DNA of 34,302 nt from Bacteroidota bacterium (GTDB taxonomy: Bacteria; Bacteroidota; Bacteroidia; CAIKAF01), in NCBI GenBank assembly GCA_027621385.1, contig JAQCBQ010000003.1, positions 1-34,302 on the forward strand. Reading direction: 5' to 3'. A program made the translations under genes and the position numbers. Below, one piece after another: positions 9,531-18,659 of the stretch. The notes beneath the pieces were generated by a model, which saw nothing but the letters and a program-made list of their open reading frames with translations, did no database searches and had not been told where the DNA came from. Positions within the stretch are counted from its first letter, which is position 1. Each line of letters starts with the position of its first letter.

Positions 9531-10400
9531 TTAGTCTTGTCTTTTTGATTTGATGTTGGGACCAAAGCGCTGAATCTGTCCCGGTTTGCCTAAGTCTTGG
9601 CTAGGATTTTTAAGATCCACATTGGGAATCAATACCCATTCTTCGCCATTAAACTCTAGGGCATCATAACTAAGGTCAGGTCCATAAAAGGCAAACTGCG
9701 ATTTCAATTCGGGCGAGGCCGGCGCCAAATGGTCCATGACAATTCGATTCCCTTCCTTTTCTAATTTAAGCATCATGCTGGCTTGGGCTGAATACCGGAA
9801 TGTTTTTCGTCCAATTTTAGCTCCTTCCCAAAGGATTAAGCGGCTGCCAAATTGGGGAAGTCCGGACCGGTCAAACGACAAGACTTCAACATGCTTGAAA
9901 TGAATATTCTCTTCTCCGGGATTAAAGCCCAACAGAAGAAAATGGAGCTGCCCTTTTCGCTTGAATGGAACCGCCTCATACACCAACATGGCGGGCCATT
10001 TTCCTCCCGATAGTACTTTTTTTGCCAGATTGAAATCCCATAAGGTTATGGCCTCGCTGCGTTCAAGTGCCAACACCGATTTTTGTTTATGGTCATACAT
10101 CAGCCCCCAACTGTGAAATCCTGATGCAGATCGAGTCAGCCAGGTGTACAGTGAGGTATGTTTACCCTTTAAACTAACCTGAGAAATGCTGGGGAGACTG
10201 TCTGTTGGTAAAGGGAGCCCGAGTTCCAAATTTTCTTGCAGGCCCAACCACAACGAATCGGCCTTAGCCAGCCATTGTTGCTCAGTAAGGTTTGGAGCCA
10301 AAGAAGCCTGATGCAAGGCCCCTAGGCGCTGCCAGCTCACTTGACCCATGAGTTGGGAGGTTAGAAAAATAAGGACAATGCTTGTTTTCCAGCTTTTCAT
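9531..10400 (-). CDS. Exported hypothetical protein
   Basis: Signal-like N-terminus from MKSWKTSIVLIFL (ATG at 10400); C-terminal motif IVMDHLAP..FYGPDLSYD. Confidence 0.7.
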   Translation of the reverse strand: MKSWKTSIVLIFLTSQLMGQVSWQRLGALHQASLAPNLTEQQWLAKADSLWLGLQENLELGLPLPTDSLPSISQVSLKGKHTSLYTWLTRSASGFHSWGLMYDHKQKSVLALERSEAITLWDFNLAKKVLSGGKWPAMLVYEAVPFKRKGQLHFLLLGFNPGEENIHFKHVEVLSFDRSGLPQFGSRLILWEGAKIGRKTFRYSAQASMMLKLEKEGNRIVMDHLAPASPELKSQFAFYGPDLSYDALEFNGEEWVLIPNVDLKNPSQDLGKPGQIQRFGPNIKSKRQD

Positions 10401-10437
10401 GATTTCAGTAAAACGGAAAACAATCAAAAATCATGCA

Positions 10438-10785
10438 TCAAAGATGCAACTTATCTTTTTTGGCAAACAATTCAGCCTCTGTTTCACGAATCAGTTCGTC
10501 ATCAACACAGCAATCTACAGGGCAAACTGCGGCACATTGTGGCTCATCATGAAAACCAACACATTCGGTGCATTTATCGGAAACGATATAATACACATCC
10601 ATAGAAACCGCATTTTGAGACGCATGGGCATCAATGCTGGTTCCGCTTCTCAAAACAAAATTTCCTGAAACCGATGTCCCATCGGCAATTTTCCATTCTA
10701 CCCCCCCTTCATAAATTGCATTGTTTGGGCATTCTGGCTCGCAGGCTCCACAATTAATGCAATCATCGGTTATTTTAATAGCCAT
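10438..10785 (-). CDS. 2x[4Fe-4S] ferredoxin (YfhL-type)
   Basis: CINCGACEPECP and CTECVGFHDEPQCAAVCP motifs. Confidence 0.95.
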   Translation of the reverse strand: MAIKITDDCINCGACEPECPNNAIYEGGVEWKIADGTSVSGNFVLRSGTSIDAHASQNAVSMDVYYIVSDKCTECVGFHDEPQCAAVCPVDCCVDDELIRETEAELFAKKDKLHL

Positions 10786-10810
10786 ATCAACAATCGTTTT
10801 AAGATATTTG

Positions 10811-10818
10811 CAAAAGTA
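10811..10818 (-). promoter_or_regulatory. -7 promoter element TACTTTTG for the ferredoxin gene
   Basis: Exact TAnnTTTG on the minus strand, about 25 nt upstream of the ATG at 10785. Confidence 0.65.
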
Positions 10819-11843
10819 TGAAAAATATCCCCCTTTTAAGGGATAGGCTGCAGGTTTTGGAATCGATGGGTTTAGCCATGGAAAAGATACTGAGTCCTAG
10901 TCCCTCGAAGCCCAATCCAATTCTCCAGGCGGCTCAGCAAGGAAACCCTTGGTTTACTGAAAATGAACTGCTTCGGTCCATCGGCGCCCTTCGGCCTTGG
11001 TTGAAATCAGAGCGACTGCTTCAATGGCTGAATCACGAGGGTATGCCTGAAGAGCCCTTTATTCCCAAAACGATTGGAATTATTATGGCTGGGAATATTC
11101 CCCTGGTGAATTTTCTGGATGCATTGGCGGTTTGGCTCTCTGGAAATAAGGCCCTAATAAAATTGAGCAGCTCAGATGCCATTTTGCTTCCCTATTTCGT
11201 TCAAGAGTCCGGTATGCCAGAAAGCATGGTGGAGTTTGTGGATCGGAAATTAACCGGCTACGACGCCGTGGTGGCCACCGGAAGTGCCAATTCTAATCGT
11301 TATTTTGAATATTACTTTCGGCAAGTTCCACATATTTTACGCAGCAGCCGAAGCAGCGCCGCTCTGCTCAATGGCGATGAAAGCAGCTCTGATTTGATGC
11401 AGCTGGGAAAGGATGTGTTTTCGTATTATGGTCTGGGCTGTCGAAATGTTTCACACCTGTTGCTTCCTTCAAATTATGACTTTGAGCCTTTGATTCAGTG
11501 CTGGAAGGAATCGTTCAGCCATGTCGGTCTTCACAGCCGGTACATGAATAATTACGACTATCAAAAGGCCGTTTTATTGGTAGCCAATATCCCTTTTATA
11601 GACGGAGAATTCTTTCTGCTTACGAAATCCAATGCGCTGGCCTCACCGGTATCCGTTATTCACTACAGTTATTATGATGAATACAACGCCATGTTGGATT
11701 GGAAAGAAAAAAATGAGCTGCAATGCTGCGTGGGTACAACCCATATCCCCTTTGGCGGAAGCCAGGAACCCGATCTGCTCGATTATCCCGATGATGTTAA
11801 TCTGATGCAATTCTTAAAAGGACTGCAACCAAAATCAAAGTGA
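10818..11843 (+). CDS. Acyl-CoA reductase, LuxC-like (ALDH superfamily)
   Basis: IMAGNIPLV, KLSSSD, ATGSANSNRYFEYYF and catalytic-Cys motif GLGCRNVS. The start may be a downstream ATG. Confidence 0.85.
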   Translation: MKNIPLLRDRLQVLESMGLAMEKILSPSPSKPNPILQAAQQGNPWFTENELLRSIGALRPWLKSERLLQWLNHEGMPEEPFIPKTIGIIMAGNIPLVNFLDALAVWLSGNKALIKLSSSDAILLPYFVQESGMPESMVEFVDRKLTGYDAVVATGSANSNRYFEYYFRQVPHILRSSRSSAALLNGDESSSDLMQLGKDVFSYYGLGCRNVSHLLLPSNYDFEPLIQCWKESFSHVGLHSRYMNNYDYQKAVLLVANIPFIDGEFFLLTKSNALASPVSVIHYSYYDEYNAMLDWKEKNELQCCVGTTHIPFGGSQEPDLLDYPDDVNLMQFLKGLQPKSK

Positions 11844-11875
11844 ATAATGTATCTTTAACGTAAAATACACCGATT

Positions 11876-12301
11876 ATGAAAATGTTTTGTGCTCTTCTTT
11901 TGTCCTTTTCTTCGCTGTTGGGCATGGCTCAAACCAATCAAAAAGCGTTGGACGATTTTTCTACCCGCTTTGGAGGAGAAGCCTCTTGGGCCAATGAAGG
12001 TGGACAAATCGTGGCTTCATTCAAAAAAGGAGCCGGTCCTGCCTATGCCGAATATTCTACCGATGGTCAATTCCTTGGATTAGCCAGCCTTACCGATTTT
12101 AATGCTCTTCCTGAAAAGGCCAAAGAAACCTTAAATCGCGGATTTACCGGCTCAGGTGGAATGTATCAGGTGGAATATGTGCGCGTGTTCTCCACCGAAA
12201 GCAGTCCAAAGTTTGCAGCGCTAATGTCTGCCAATGGTCAACATTTGAAATTGTATTTCAATGAGGCCGGCGATATGGTGCAGCGCTCCATCTGGCAATA
12301 A
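11876..12301 (+). CDS. Periplasmic PepSY-like (BLIP-like) domain protein
   Basis: Signal peptide ending MA-Q; pattern FSTRF..ASW..AEYSTDGQF..ALPEKAKETL..LYFNEAGDM; TATCTTTA at 11850-11857 upstream. Confidence 0.65.
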   Translation: MKMFCALLLSFSSLLGMAQTNQKALDDFSTRFGGEASWANEGGQIVASFKKGAGPAYAEYSTDGQFLGLASLTDFNALPEKAKETLNRGFTGSGGMYQVEYVRVFSTESSPKFAALMSANGQHLKLYFNEAGDMVQRSIWQ

Positions 12302-12787
12302 TTATCCGGTTAACCCGGCTTTGTGGTACGATTCATTCTTTAGAATCGTCATGGCTCTATACACCTGCTCTGTCATTACCAAGCGGGCCATTTCGTGCGG
12401 CAAGGTGAAGTCCGATAAGGTCCAATGGTTCGGATACCTCAACTTAAATTCGGCCGTAAATCCGTTCGCGCCCCCCAACACCAAGCCTATTTTTCGTTGG
12501 TTGCGCTGCTGAAAAGACTCAATTGCGCTAGCCAATTGGGTTGAGCTCTGACGCTTTCCATGCTCATCCAATAAAACGACCACATCCAAGGTGCTCAGAA
12601 TTTTATCCATCCGTTCGCATTCAATCCGGGCTTTTTCCTGATCTGAATAGTGGCCTTTTACATCTGCAACCTCAATCAATTTAAGTTTTAAATAATGTTT
12701 TAAACGCTCCTCATACAGGCGGCAGCCTTCAATGGCATACTTTTGCTGCAGTTTTCCAACAGCTACAATGCTCAATTCAATCGACAT
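12302..12787 (-). CDS. rlmH: 23S rRNA (pseudouridine1915-N3)-methyltransferase RlmH
   Basis: IVAVGK, LLDEHG, LGGANGF, TLPHEMARLV.TEQVYRA and YHK motifs; start refined to MSIELS. Confidence 0.93.
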   Translation of the reverse strand: MSIELSIVAVGKLQQKYAIEGCRLYEERLKHYLKLKLIEVADVKGHYSDQEKARIECERMDKILSTLDVVVLLDEHGKRQSSTQLASAIESFQQRNQRKIGLVLGGANGFTAEFKLRYPNHWTLSDFTLPHEMARLVMTEQVYRAMTILKNESYHKAGLTG

Positions 12788-12826
12788 TGGCTTAATTTTT
12801 GTGCAATTTTGCATTTATTTTTTGGT

Positions 12827-13210
12827 ATGCGCCGATTCCTTTTCGTTTTTCTTTGTGCCATTCCCCTGTGGGTTGTTGGACAATCTCCTGTACAGTTGGC
12901 CAGAACTGCCCTCCTTCAAAAGGATGCGGCAGCCTTTGTGCAACAAGCCCATCCAACCCTGAACGTACGCATTTTATCCAATGAGGGCGTGTATTCCCAA
13001 GCTCAAGCCGCTCAACTCATCCGTTCCTTTTTTAAAGAATACCCCGGATATTCTGTTGCGATAGATCAGGTACACGAGAAAAAAGGACAGCCTCATTTTT
13101 TTATTGGGGAATGGAAAACCAACCGAAAAAAATTCAGAATCTATGTCCTATTCAAAGAATTGAATGGGATTGAACGCGTTCACTCCTTTGAAGTGCAAGA
13201 AAATGATTGA
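12827..13210 (+). CDS. DUF4783-like exported protein
   Basis: Signal peptide MRRFLFVFLCAIPLWVVG-Q; EGVYSQAQAAQLIRSFFKEYP pattern. Confidence 0.7.
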   Translation: MRRFLFVFLCAIPLWVVGQSPVQLARTALLQKDAAAFVQQAHPTLNVRILSNEGVYSQAQAAQLIRSFFKEYPGYSVAIDQVHEKKGQPHFFIGEWKTNRKKFRIYVLFKELNGIERVHSFEVQEND

Positions 13211-14063
13211 TGCCAATTCTTCCTTCACCTCCTTTTTACATCAAGCATTTAACGAGGATGGTTCTGATTTGGGCGATGTAACCTCATTGGGCATTTTCGG
13301 TAAGCATCAACAGGCAAAGGCCCTGTGGTTGGCCAAAGAAGATGGAGTGTTTTCTGGGGCTCAGTACATTGCACCGATTTTTCAATTTGTTGACCCCAAT
13401 GCGCAATGCAATCTGTTGATTCATGATGGCCAACCTTTTCATTCAGGAGATGTATTGTTGGAAGTTCATGGGCTGGCTCATGCCTTGCTCTCCAGCGAAC
13501 GCATTGCCTTGAACCTGGTGCAGCGCATGTGCGGCATTGCCACCAAAACCCATACCCTCTGCCAACGCATAGCTCATACCCATTGCCGCTTGTTGGATAC
13601 GCGCAAAACAACTCCGCTGCTGCGCAGTTTTGAAAAAGAAGCGGTAAGGCATGGGGGAGGTCAAAATCACCGCATCGGACTTTTCGATATGTGCATGATT
13701 AAAGACAACCATCGGGATTTTGCCGGTGGCATTACCCCCGCATTTCAACGCCTAACACAGTACTTGAAATCCCAACATTTGGATTTGCCGATTGAAATCG
13801 AAACCCGCAACCTCGACGACGTAGCTGAAGTTCTTGCTTTACATGCACCCGTTAAACGCATCATGTTTGATAATTTCAGTCCCGAGCAGGTCCGCCTGGC
13901 CGTAAATTTGGTGCAGGGCTCCATCGAAACCGAAGCCAGCGGAGGCATCAATGAGTCCAATTTGGTCAGCTATGCTGAAACAGGAGTCGATTTCATTTCT
14001 ATGGGAGCCTTAACCCATTCGGTTCGAAGCATCGATATTAGTATGAAAGCGTTTCTGCCATGA
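13203..14063 (+). CDS. nadC: Nicotinate-nucleotide pyrophosphorylase (carboxylating), QPRTase
   Basis: GDVTS, ERIALN, DTRKTTP, NHRIGL, IKDNH, IMFDNF and EASGGI motifs; start refined to the ATG at 13203. Confidence 0.97.
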   Translation: MIDANSSFTSFLHQAFNEDGSDLGDVTSLGIFGKHQQAKALWLAKEDGVFSGAQYIAPIFQFVDPNAQCNLLIHDGQPFHSGDVLLEVHGLAHALLSSERIALNLVQRMCGIATKTHTLCQRIAHTHCRLLDTRKTTPLLRSFEKEAVRHGGGQNHRIGLFDMCMIKDNHRDFAGGITPAFQRLTQYLKSQHLDLPIEIETRNLDDVAEVLALHAPVKRIMFDNFSPEQVRLAVNLVQGSIETEASGGINESNLVSYAETGVDFISMGALTHSVRSIDISMKAFLP

Positions 14064-14956
14064 AGGGCCGTTGGATTGTGTTCTTGCTTGGCAAACCCGA
14101 ACTTCAAGGTTGGCTGAAGCAAGTACAATCGTTTTCCCCGCCTGGATTCGGCGGAGTTTCCCTGTGGCGCATCGCCAATTACTTTTTAAACGGAGATCAA
14201 CGCAACAGCTTGTCGCTGCGCGCTTCATCGGTGGCATTCCAGCTGATGCTCGCCTTTTTTCCCTTTTTGATTTTTTTGGTGAGCCTGATTCCATTTTTTC
14301 CGGGAGGACAGCTTGGATATGAGTGGTTTCGGCTGGGCGAGGAGCTGCTTCCGCCACCTCTTTTTGAAGTGGTTGGTCCCATCATTGCCGATGTACTTCT
14401 GAAAAAAAGGGAGGGCTTTGTATGGATTACTTTGTTTGTTGGATTATGGCTCTCTTCAGCCGGAATAAAGGGTTTGATTCAGGCCTTCAATGCCTCAGCT
14501 TTAATTTTAGAAGAACGAAAACCCGGTCAAGTTCGAATTATTTCGCTGTTGGTTATGCTGTTGGGCAGCTTGGCCTTAGGCTTGGCCATCACCATTTTTC
14601 AGGCCATAGACTTTTTATCTGGAACGTTCGCCTGGCTTTCAAGTCACTTGGGCTGGTTGTTTAGCCTCGGCATGACCTGGGTGTTTGTAGCGGCCTTATT
14701 TCGCATTGCGCCGGCAAAATCCTTGGGACTTCGCTTTTTCTCAGCCGGAAGTTGGATTGCTTCCCTGTTTTTACTCTTATTTTCCTGGGCTTTTGGGCTC
14801 TATGTCGAGCGGTTTTTCCAATACAATAAGGTGTTTGGCGTGGTGGGCGCCGTTCCAATGGCCATGATTTTTTTATACCTGGCCGCGTTGGCCTTGCTCA
14901 TTGGATTTGATGTGGATGCCGGAATTGCAAGGGGGAAGGCGGCTTCAAAAGGTTGA
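14060..14956 (+). CDS. YihY/virulence factor BrkB family inner-membrane protein
   Basis: RASSVAFQLMLAFFPFLIF and YNKVFGVVGAV motifs; about 6 TM segments. Confidence 0.88.
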   Translation: MKGRWIVFLLGKPELQGWLKQVQSFSPPGFGGVSLWRIANYFLNGDQRNSLSLRASSVAFQLMLAFFPFLIFLVSLIPFFPGGQLGYEWFRLGEELLPPPLFEVVGPIIADVLLKKREGFVWITLFVGLWLSSAGIKGLIQAFNASALILEERKPGQVRIISLLVMLLGSLALGLAITIFQAIDFLSGTFAWLSSHLGWLFSLGMTWVFVAALFRIAPAKSLGLRFFSAGSWIASLFLLLFSWAFGLYVERFFQYNKVFGVVGAVPMAMIFLYLAALALLIGFDVDAGIARGKAASKG

Positions 14957-14968
14957 TTTTAGGTTTGA

Positions 14969-15112
14969 TTTGGGCGGCAGACGGGCTTTCAGGGCTAGTC
15001 CGCTTCAAAAGCTGATTGGTACAGCGGCTTTGCGGGGGCTTCCAAGGTCGCCTCCGCAGCGCGCGTACCATTCAGCTTTTGTGCGCGTACTAGCTCCTTC
15101 AATCCCTGCCGC
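14969..15112 (-). ncRNA. Structured dispersed element, copy A (144 nt; putative ncRNA or REP-like, Flavo-1-like termini)
   Basis: On the + strand it reads TTTGGGCGG..CGGGCTTTC..stem..GC-TTCCAAGGTC-GC..stem..TCAATCCCTGCCGC. It pairs along its whole length and is homologous to copies B and C. The strand is inferred and uncertain. Confidence 0.7.
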
Positions 15113-15182
15113 GGGGCGGCGATTAAAATTAAATTTCTAGGAAAATTGAAAACGGCTTTAAGCCCGGTTCTGCTTTTGAAAT

Positions 15183-16187
15183 CTAAGACATTTTTCCAAC
15201 CAAAACACACAAATCTGCCAAGCGGTTTGAATAGCCGGCTTCATTGTCATACCAGCCAAATACCTTTACTAGGTTGTCTTTAACAAAGGTCAGTTCAGCA
15301 TCAAATATGCAGGAATGTGGATTTCCTACAATGTCGGCCGATACAATCGGATCTTCGGTGTATTCTAAAATTCCTTTCAATTCATTTTCAGCCGCTTTTT
15401 TAAACGCCGCATTTAAGGTTGCCGCATCCACCGGATTGCGAACAATAAGCGACATGTCGGTTAGACTGCCCGTGGGCGTTGGTACCCGGACGGAAGTCCC
15501 ATCCAATTTACCACTCAAATGGGGGAAAATTTTTCCGATGGCACGGGCAGCGCCGGTTGATGTTGGAACCAACGATAAGGCGGCAGCCCGGGCCCGACGC
15601 AAATCGCTATGCGGTGCATCCTGCAAGCGCTGGTCGGCCGTGTAGGCATGGATGGTATTCATAAAACCATTTTCAATGCCACATACATCATCTACAATTT
15701 TCACCAAAGGACTCACGCAATTGGTGGTGCAAGAAGCATTGGAAATAATCGTGTCAGAAGCAGTTAAACTTCCTTCGTTGGCTCCCAAAACCACCATTTT
15801 AATGTCTGAAGATTTTGCCGGAGCAGACAACAGCACTTTTTTAGCTCCCGCCTGAATGTGCTTAGATGCACTTTCTGAATCTAAAAATAAGCCGGTGCAC
15901 TCCAATACCACATCAATATTCATTTCTTTCCATGGCAGTTCCGCCGGATTTTTTATGGCCGTAATTCGAATTTCATGACCGTTTACCACAAGATTTCCTT
16001 CTTGGGTGCTTACCGTGCCCAAAAATCTTCCATGAATGGAATCGTATTTCAATAAGTGGGCTAGGGCAGTGGCCCCTGTCAAATCATTGATGGCAACGAC
16101 TTCAACATCTTCTTTGGTTTGTAAGGCCCGAAAGGTGATGCGGCCAATTCGACCAAATCCATTGATAGCAACCCGAATTTTTTTCAT
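15183..16187 (-). CDS. gap: Type I glyceraldehyde-3-phosphate dehydrogenase
   Basis: INGFGRIGR, catalytic ASCTTNC and WYDNE motifs. Confidence 0.99.
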   Translation of the reverse strand: MKKIRVAINGFGRIGRITFRALQTKEDVEVVAINDLTGATALAHLLKYDSIHGRFLGTVSTQEGNLVVNGHEIRITAIKNPAELPWKEMNIDVVLECTGLFLDSESASKHIQAGAKKVLLSAPAKSSDIKMVVLGANEGSLTASDTIISNASCTTNCVSPLVKIVDDVCGIENGFMNTIHAYTADQRLQDAPHSDLRRARAAALSLVPTSTGAARAIGKIFPHLSGKLDGTSVRVPTPTGSLTDMSLIVRNPVDAATLNAAFKKAAENELKGILEYTEDPIVSADIVGNPHSCIFDAELTFVKDNLVKVFGWYDNEAGYSNRLADLCVLVGKMS

Positions 16188-16210
16188 GGTGTATTGAAAT
16201 TAATTTGGCG

Positions 16211-16218
16211 CAAACTTA
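16211..16218 (-). promoter_or_regulatory. -7 promoter element TAAGTTTG for gap
   Basis: Exact TAnnTTTG on the minus strand, 23 nt upstream of the ATG. Confidence 0.65.
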
Positions 16219-16340
16219 ATATTTAAGAGCCTAAACTCCCCATGTTTTTTAGAATATTAACCCCTTTTTTCTGCTTTCAGGCTTAACATTTGCTTTTACC
16301 CTTTGCAATTGCGAAATTTGCAGAACATACGTTATCGAAC

Positions 16341-18599
16341 ATGAAGCACTTTTTAATAAGCACCCTGGGATTGTTGGTCGGAGTTATGGCCACAGGAAAC
16401 ATGAACCTGAATGCTCAGCATCAACACCACACCTGCGGTAGTCATTTAAGCGATTACGCTAAACACCACCCTGATTTTTGGGAAGGCTATGTGAAATTCA
16501 TTGAGGAATTTAAAGAGTTTAAATCGTTGGATTTAAATCAATTTGAAACCGCTGAAAATGGAAAACGCATCATTCCTGTGGTTGTGCATGTGATTCATGA
16601 AGGAGGTTCCGAGAATATTTCTACGGCTCAAATTTTGAGCCAGCTGGCTTCTGTAAATTTGGATTTCACCTATACCAATGCCGATAAGGTGGTTATCCCA
16701 CCTTATTTTGATAGCATCGCGGCCGATGCCAACATTGAATTTCGTTTGGCAACCAAAGCCCCCAATGGAGCGTGTACCGATGGAATCAATCGGGTGTATT
16801 CTTACAAAACAAATACCGCCCGCGATTACACCGGCTTTAAAGCGCTTAGCTATTGGGATCGCGCCAAATACTTAAATATTTGGGTTGTTAAAACCATCGA
16901 TAACGATGGCAATCCCTTCGGAAATATTTTAGGATACGCTCAATTTCCTTATTCATTTGGAGGTCAAAACCCGGTTACTACCACCGACGGTATCGCTATG
17001 ATTCACAACCGTACCGGTAAAACCGGCACGGCTGCAGGTACAGCCGGTAGAACCATGACGCATGAAGTTGGGCACTGGTTGGGACTAATCCACATTTGGG
17101 GCGATGACGATTGCGGCAACGACCAAGTGGATGATACTCCATTTTCCCGTCAGCCTAATTTCGGTTGCTTCAATTTCCCAAAAGAGGCTACCTGCCTGGA
17201 ATTAACATCAAATAGCACCGCCGCTGATACCATCGCGCGTTTCCAAATTGGTGAGATGTTCAACAATTACATGGATTACACCGACGATGATTGCATGAAC
17301 ATGTTCTCGAAAGGTCAAAAACAGGTAATGGATTTTGTGTTCAATACCATTTCATTCCGCACCAATTTGATTACTGCTCAAAACGCCTTGGTTACCGGAA
17401 CCGATGATGCGTCTCAGGCCAGTCCTTGCGCCCCAGCTCCCATCGCTGATTTTTGGTCAAGGCAAGGCACAAACAATTTTGAATCGCTGAAAATGATTTG
17501 TGCAGGCTCTTCAGTAAACATGAAGAATGGAACCCACAACGGCAGCACTGCCGGAAATTCCTACACCTGGGATTTACCCGGAGCGGTCGGAACTACCTCT
17601 TCCGATCCTGAGCCCTTGGTTCAATACGATGTTCCCGGTCGGTATGATGTAAAATTAACCGCCACCAATGCCAGCGGAACTGGGTCCAAAACCCGGGAAG
17701 GTTATGTTATGGTTTCGTCTCAACAAGCCATGGACAACAATTACCGTTATTACGATGCCATGGAAGCCGGTCCCGGTTACAGTTTCTTTGCCGATGACAA
17801 ATGGGTGATGATCAATGAGGGTGCCAATCCAACGAAAGGCTGGGAAAAGGTGAACTTTGGGGGTTATAAAAGCTACGGCGCTGCGCGTTGCAATGCCACC
17901 GGCACGCTTCGGTATGAGCGGTTCTTTATGGTTTCTCCATCCTACGATTTAACTGCCGTTGACAATCCCTTGTTGGAAGTGAAGTACGCTTATTCTCAAA
18001 GTACAAATCAACCTTTTATTGAGCAAAACGACGAGCTTCGGGTCTATGTGTCTACCAATTGTGGAGAATCTTGGCAGCTTAGAGGCATGAAGGTGCGCAA
18101 TCAAGGAAATTCAATAACCTCATTGGCCGGTACCAATTTGATTACTGCCGGTCTGTATGCTCAGAATTTCATTCCCGCATCACCCGATGAATGGTCTTAC
18201 TTCACCGTTGATCTGAACAACTTCACCAGCCGCGATAACGTTCGTATCATGTTCCATTACACCAGCGGTGGGCCTTTCGGAAATCCATTGTACATTGATG
18301 ATTTTACCATTTCTGATGCTACAACTTCCATTGCTGAGCAAGCTGTTGAGCCTGGATTTAAAATGTTCCCCAACCCATCTTCAGGACATGTTCAAATTCA
18401 ATTTGACGAATCGACTGTGGTAGGAGATGAAATTGAGGTGTATGATTTGGCAGGTCGCCGGATTCATTTGGCCCATGTATCTTCATCCTCAGAGGCTGGA
18501 ATTACATTAAACCGTTCCATTTTCGGAGAAAGCGGTATGTACTTGGTAAAGGCCATCGTAAATGGTCAAGCCCAAGTGCGTCGCTTGATGATTCACTAA
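16341..18599 (+). CDS. T9SS-secreted M43 (pappalysin/ulilysin-like) zinc metalloprotease with a PKD domain
   Basis: Signal peptide from MKHFLIST (ATG at 16341); propeptide TCG; IPVVVHVIH; zinc motif HEVGHWLGLIH; Met-turn NYMDY; PKD YTWDLPG..PGRYDVKLTATN; CTD MFPNPSSG..GMYLVK. Confidence 0.92.
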   Translation: MKHFLISTLGLLVGVMATGNMNLNAQHQHHTCGSHLSDYAKHHPDFWEGYVKFIEEFKEFKSLDLNQFETAENGKRIIPVVVHVIHEGGSENISTAQILSQLASVNLDFTYTNADKVVIPPYFDSIAADANIEFRLATKAPNGACTDGINRVYSYKTNTARDYTGFKALSYWDRAKYLNIWVVKTIDNDGNPFGNILGYAQFPYSFGGQNPVTTTDGIAMIHNRTGKTGTAAGTAGRTMTHEVGHWLGLIHIWGDDDCGNDQVDDTPFSRQPNFGCFNFPKEATCLELTSNSTAADTIARFQIGEMFNNYMDYTDDDCMNMFSKGQKQVMDFVFNTISFRTNLITAQNALVTGTDDASQASPCAPAPIADFWSRQGTNNFESLKMICAGSSVNMKNGTHNGSTAGNSYTWDLPGAVGTTSSDPEPLVQYDVPGRYDVKLTATNASGTGSKTREGYVMVSSQQAMDNNYRYYDAMEAGPGYSFFADDKWVMINEGANPTKGWEKVNFGGYKSYGAARCNATGTLRYERFFMVSPSYDLTAVDNPLLEVKYAYSQSTNQPFIEQNDELRVYVSTNCGESWQLRGMKVRNQGNSITSLAGTNLITAGLYAQNFIPASPDEWSYFTVDLNNFTSRDNVRIMFHYTSGGPFGNPLYIDDFTISDATTSIAEQAVEPGFKMFPNPSSGHVQIQFDESTVVGDEIEVYDLAGRRIHLAHVSSSSEAGITLNRSIFGESGMYLVKAIVNGQAQVRRLMIH

Positions 18600-18659
18600 T
18601 CTAATCTACGGCCCAAAAGGCTAAGGTAAATTTACCAGAGTCAATCCTGTTCGCCGCCG

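Noticed and set aside
10818-11843. Bioluminescence (lux) system
   Set aside because: Only a LuxC-like reductase is present, with no luxAB/D/E; such genes are widespread in non-luminous Bacteroidota.
15244-15855. Long antisense ORFs within gap (similar ones occur in batA, cinA and nadC)
   Set aside because: These are shadow ORFs caused by codon bias, fully overlapping well-supported genes.
16290-16340. N-terminal extensions in the ORF track (also the starts at 9565, 10427, 12743, 12814, 13164, 25025, 25801, 30198 and 31103)
   Set aside because: The extensions overlap promoters or neighbouring genes; downstream ATGs give proper signal peptides or family-typical N-termini.
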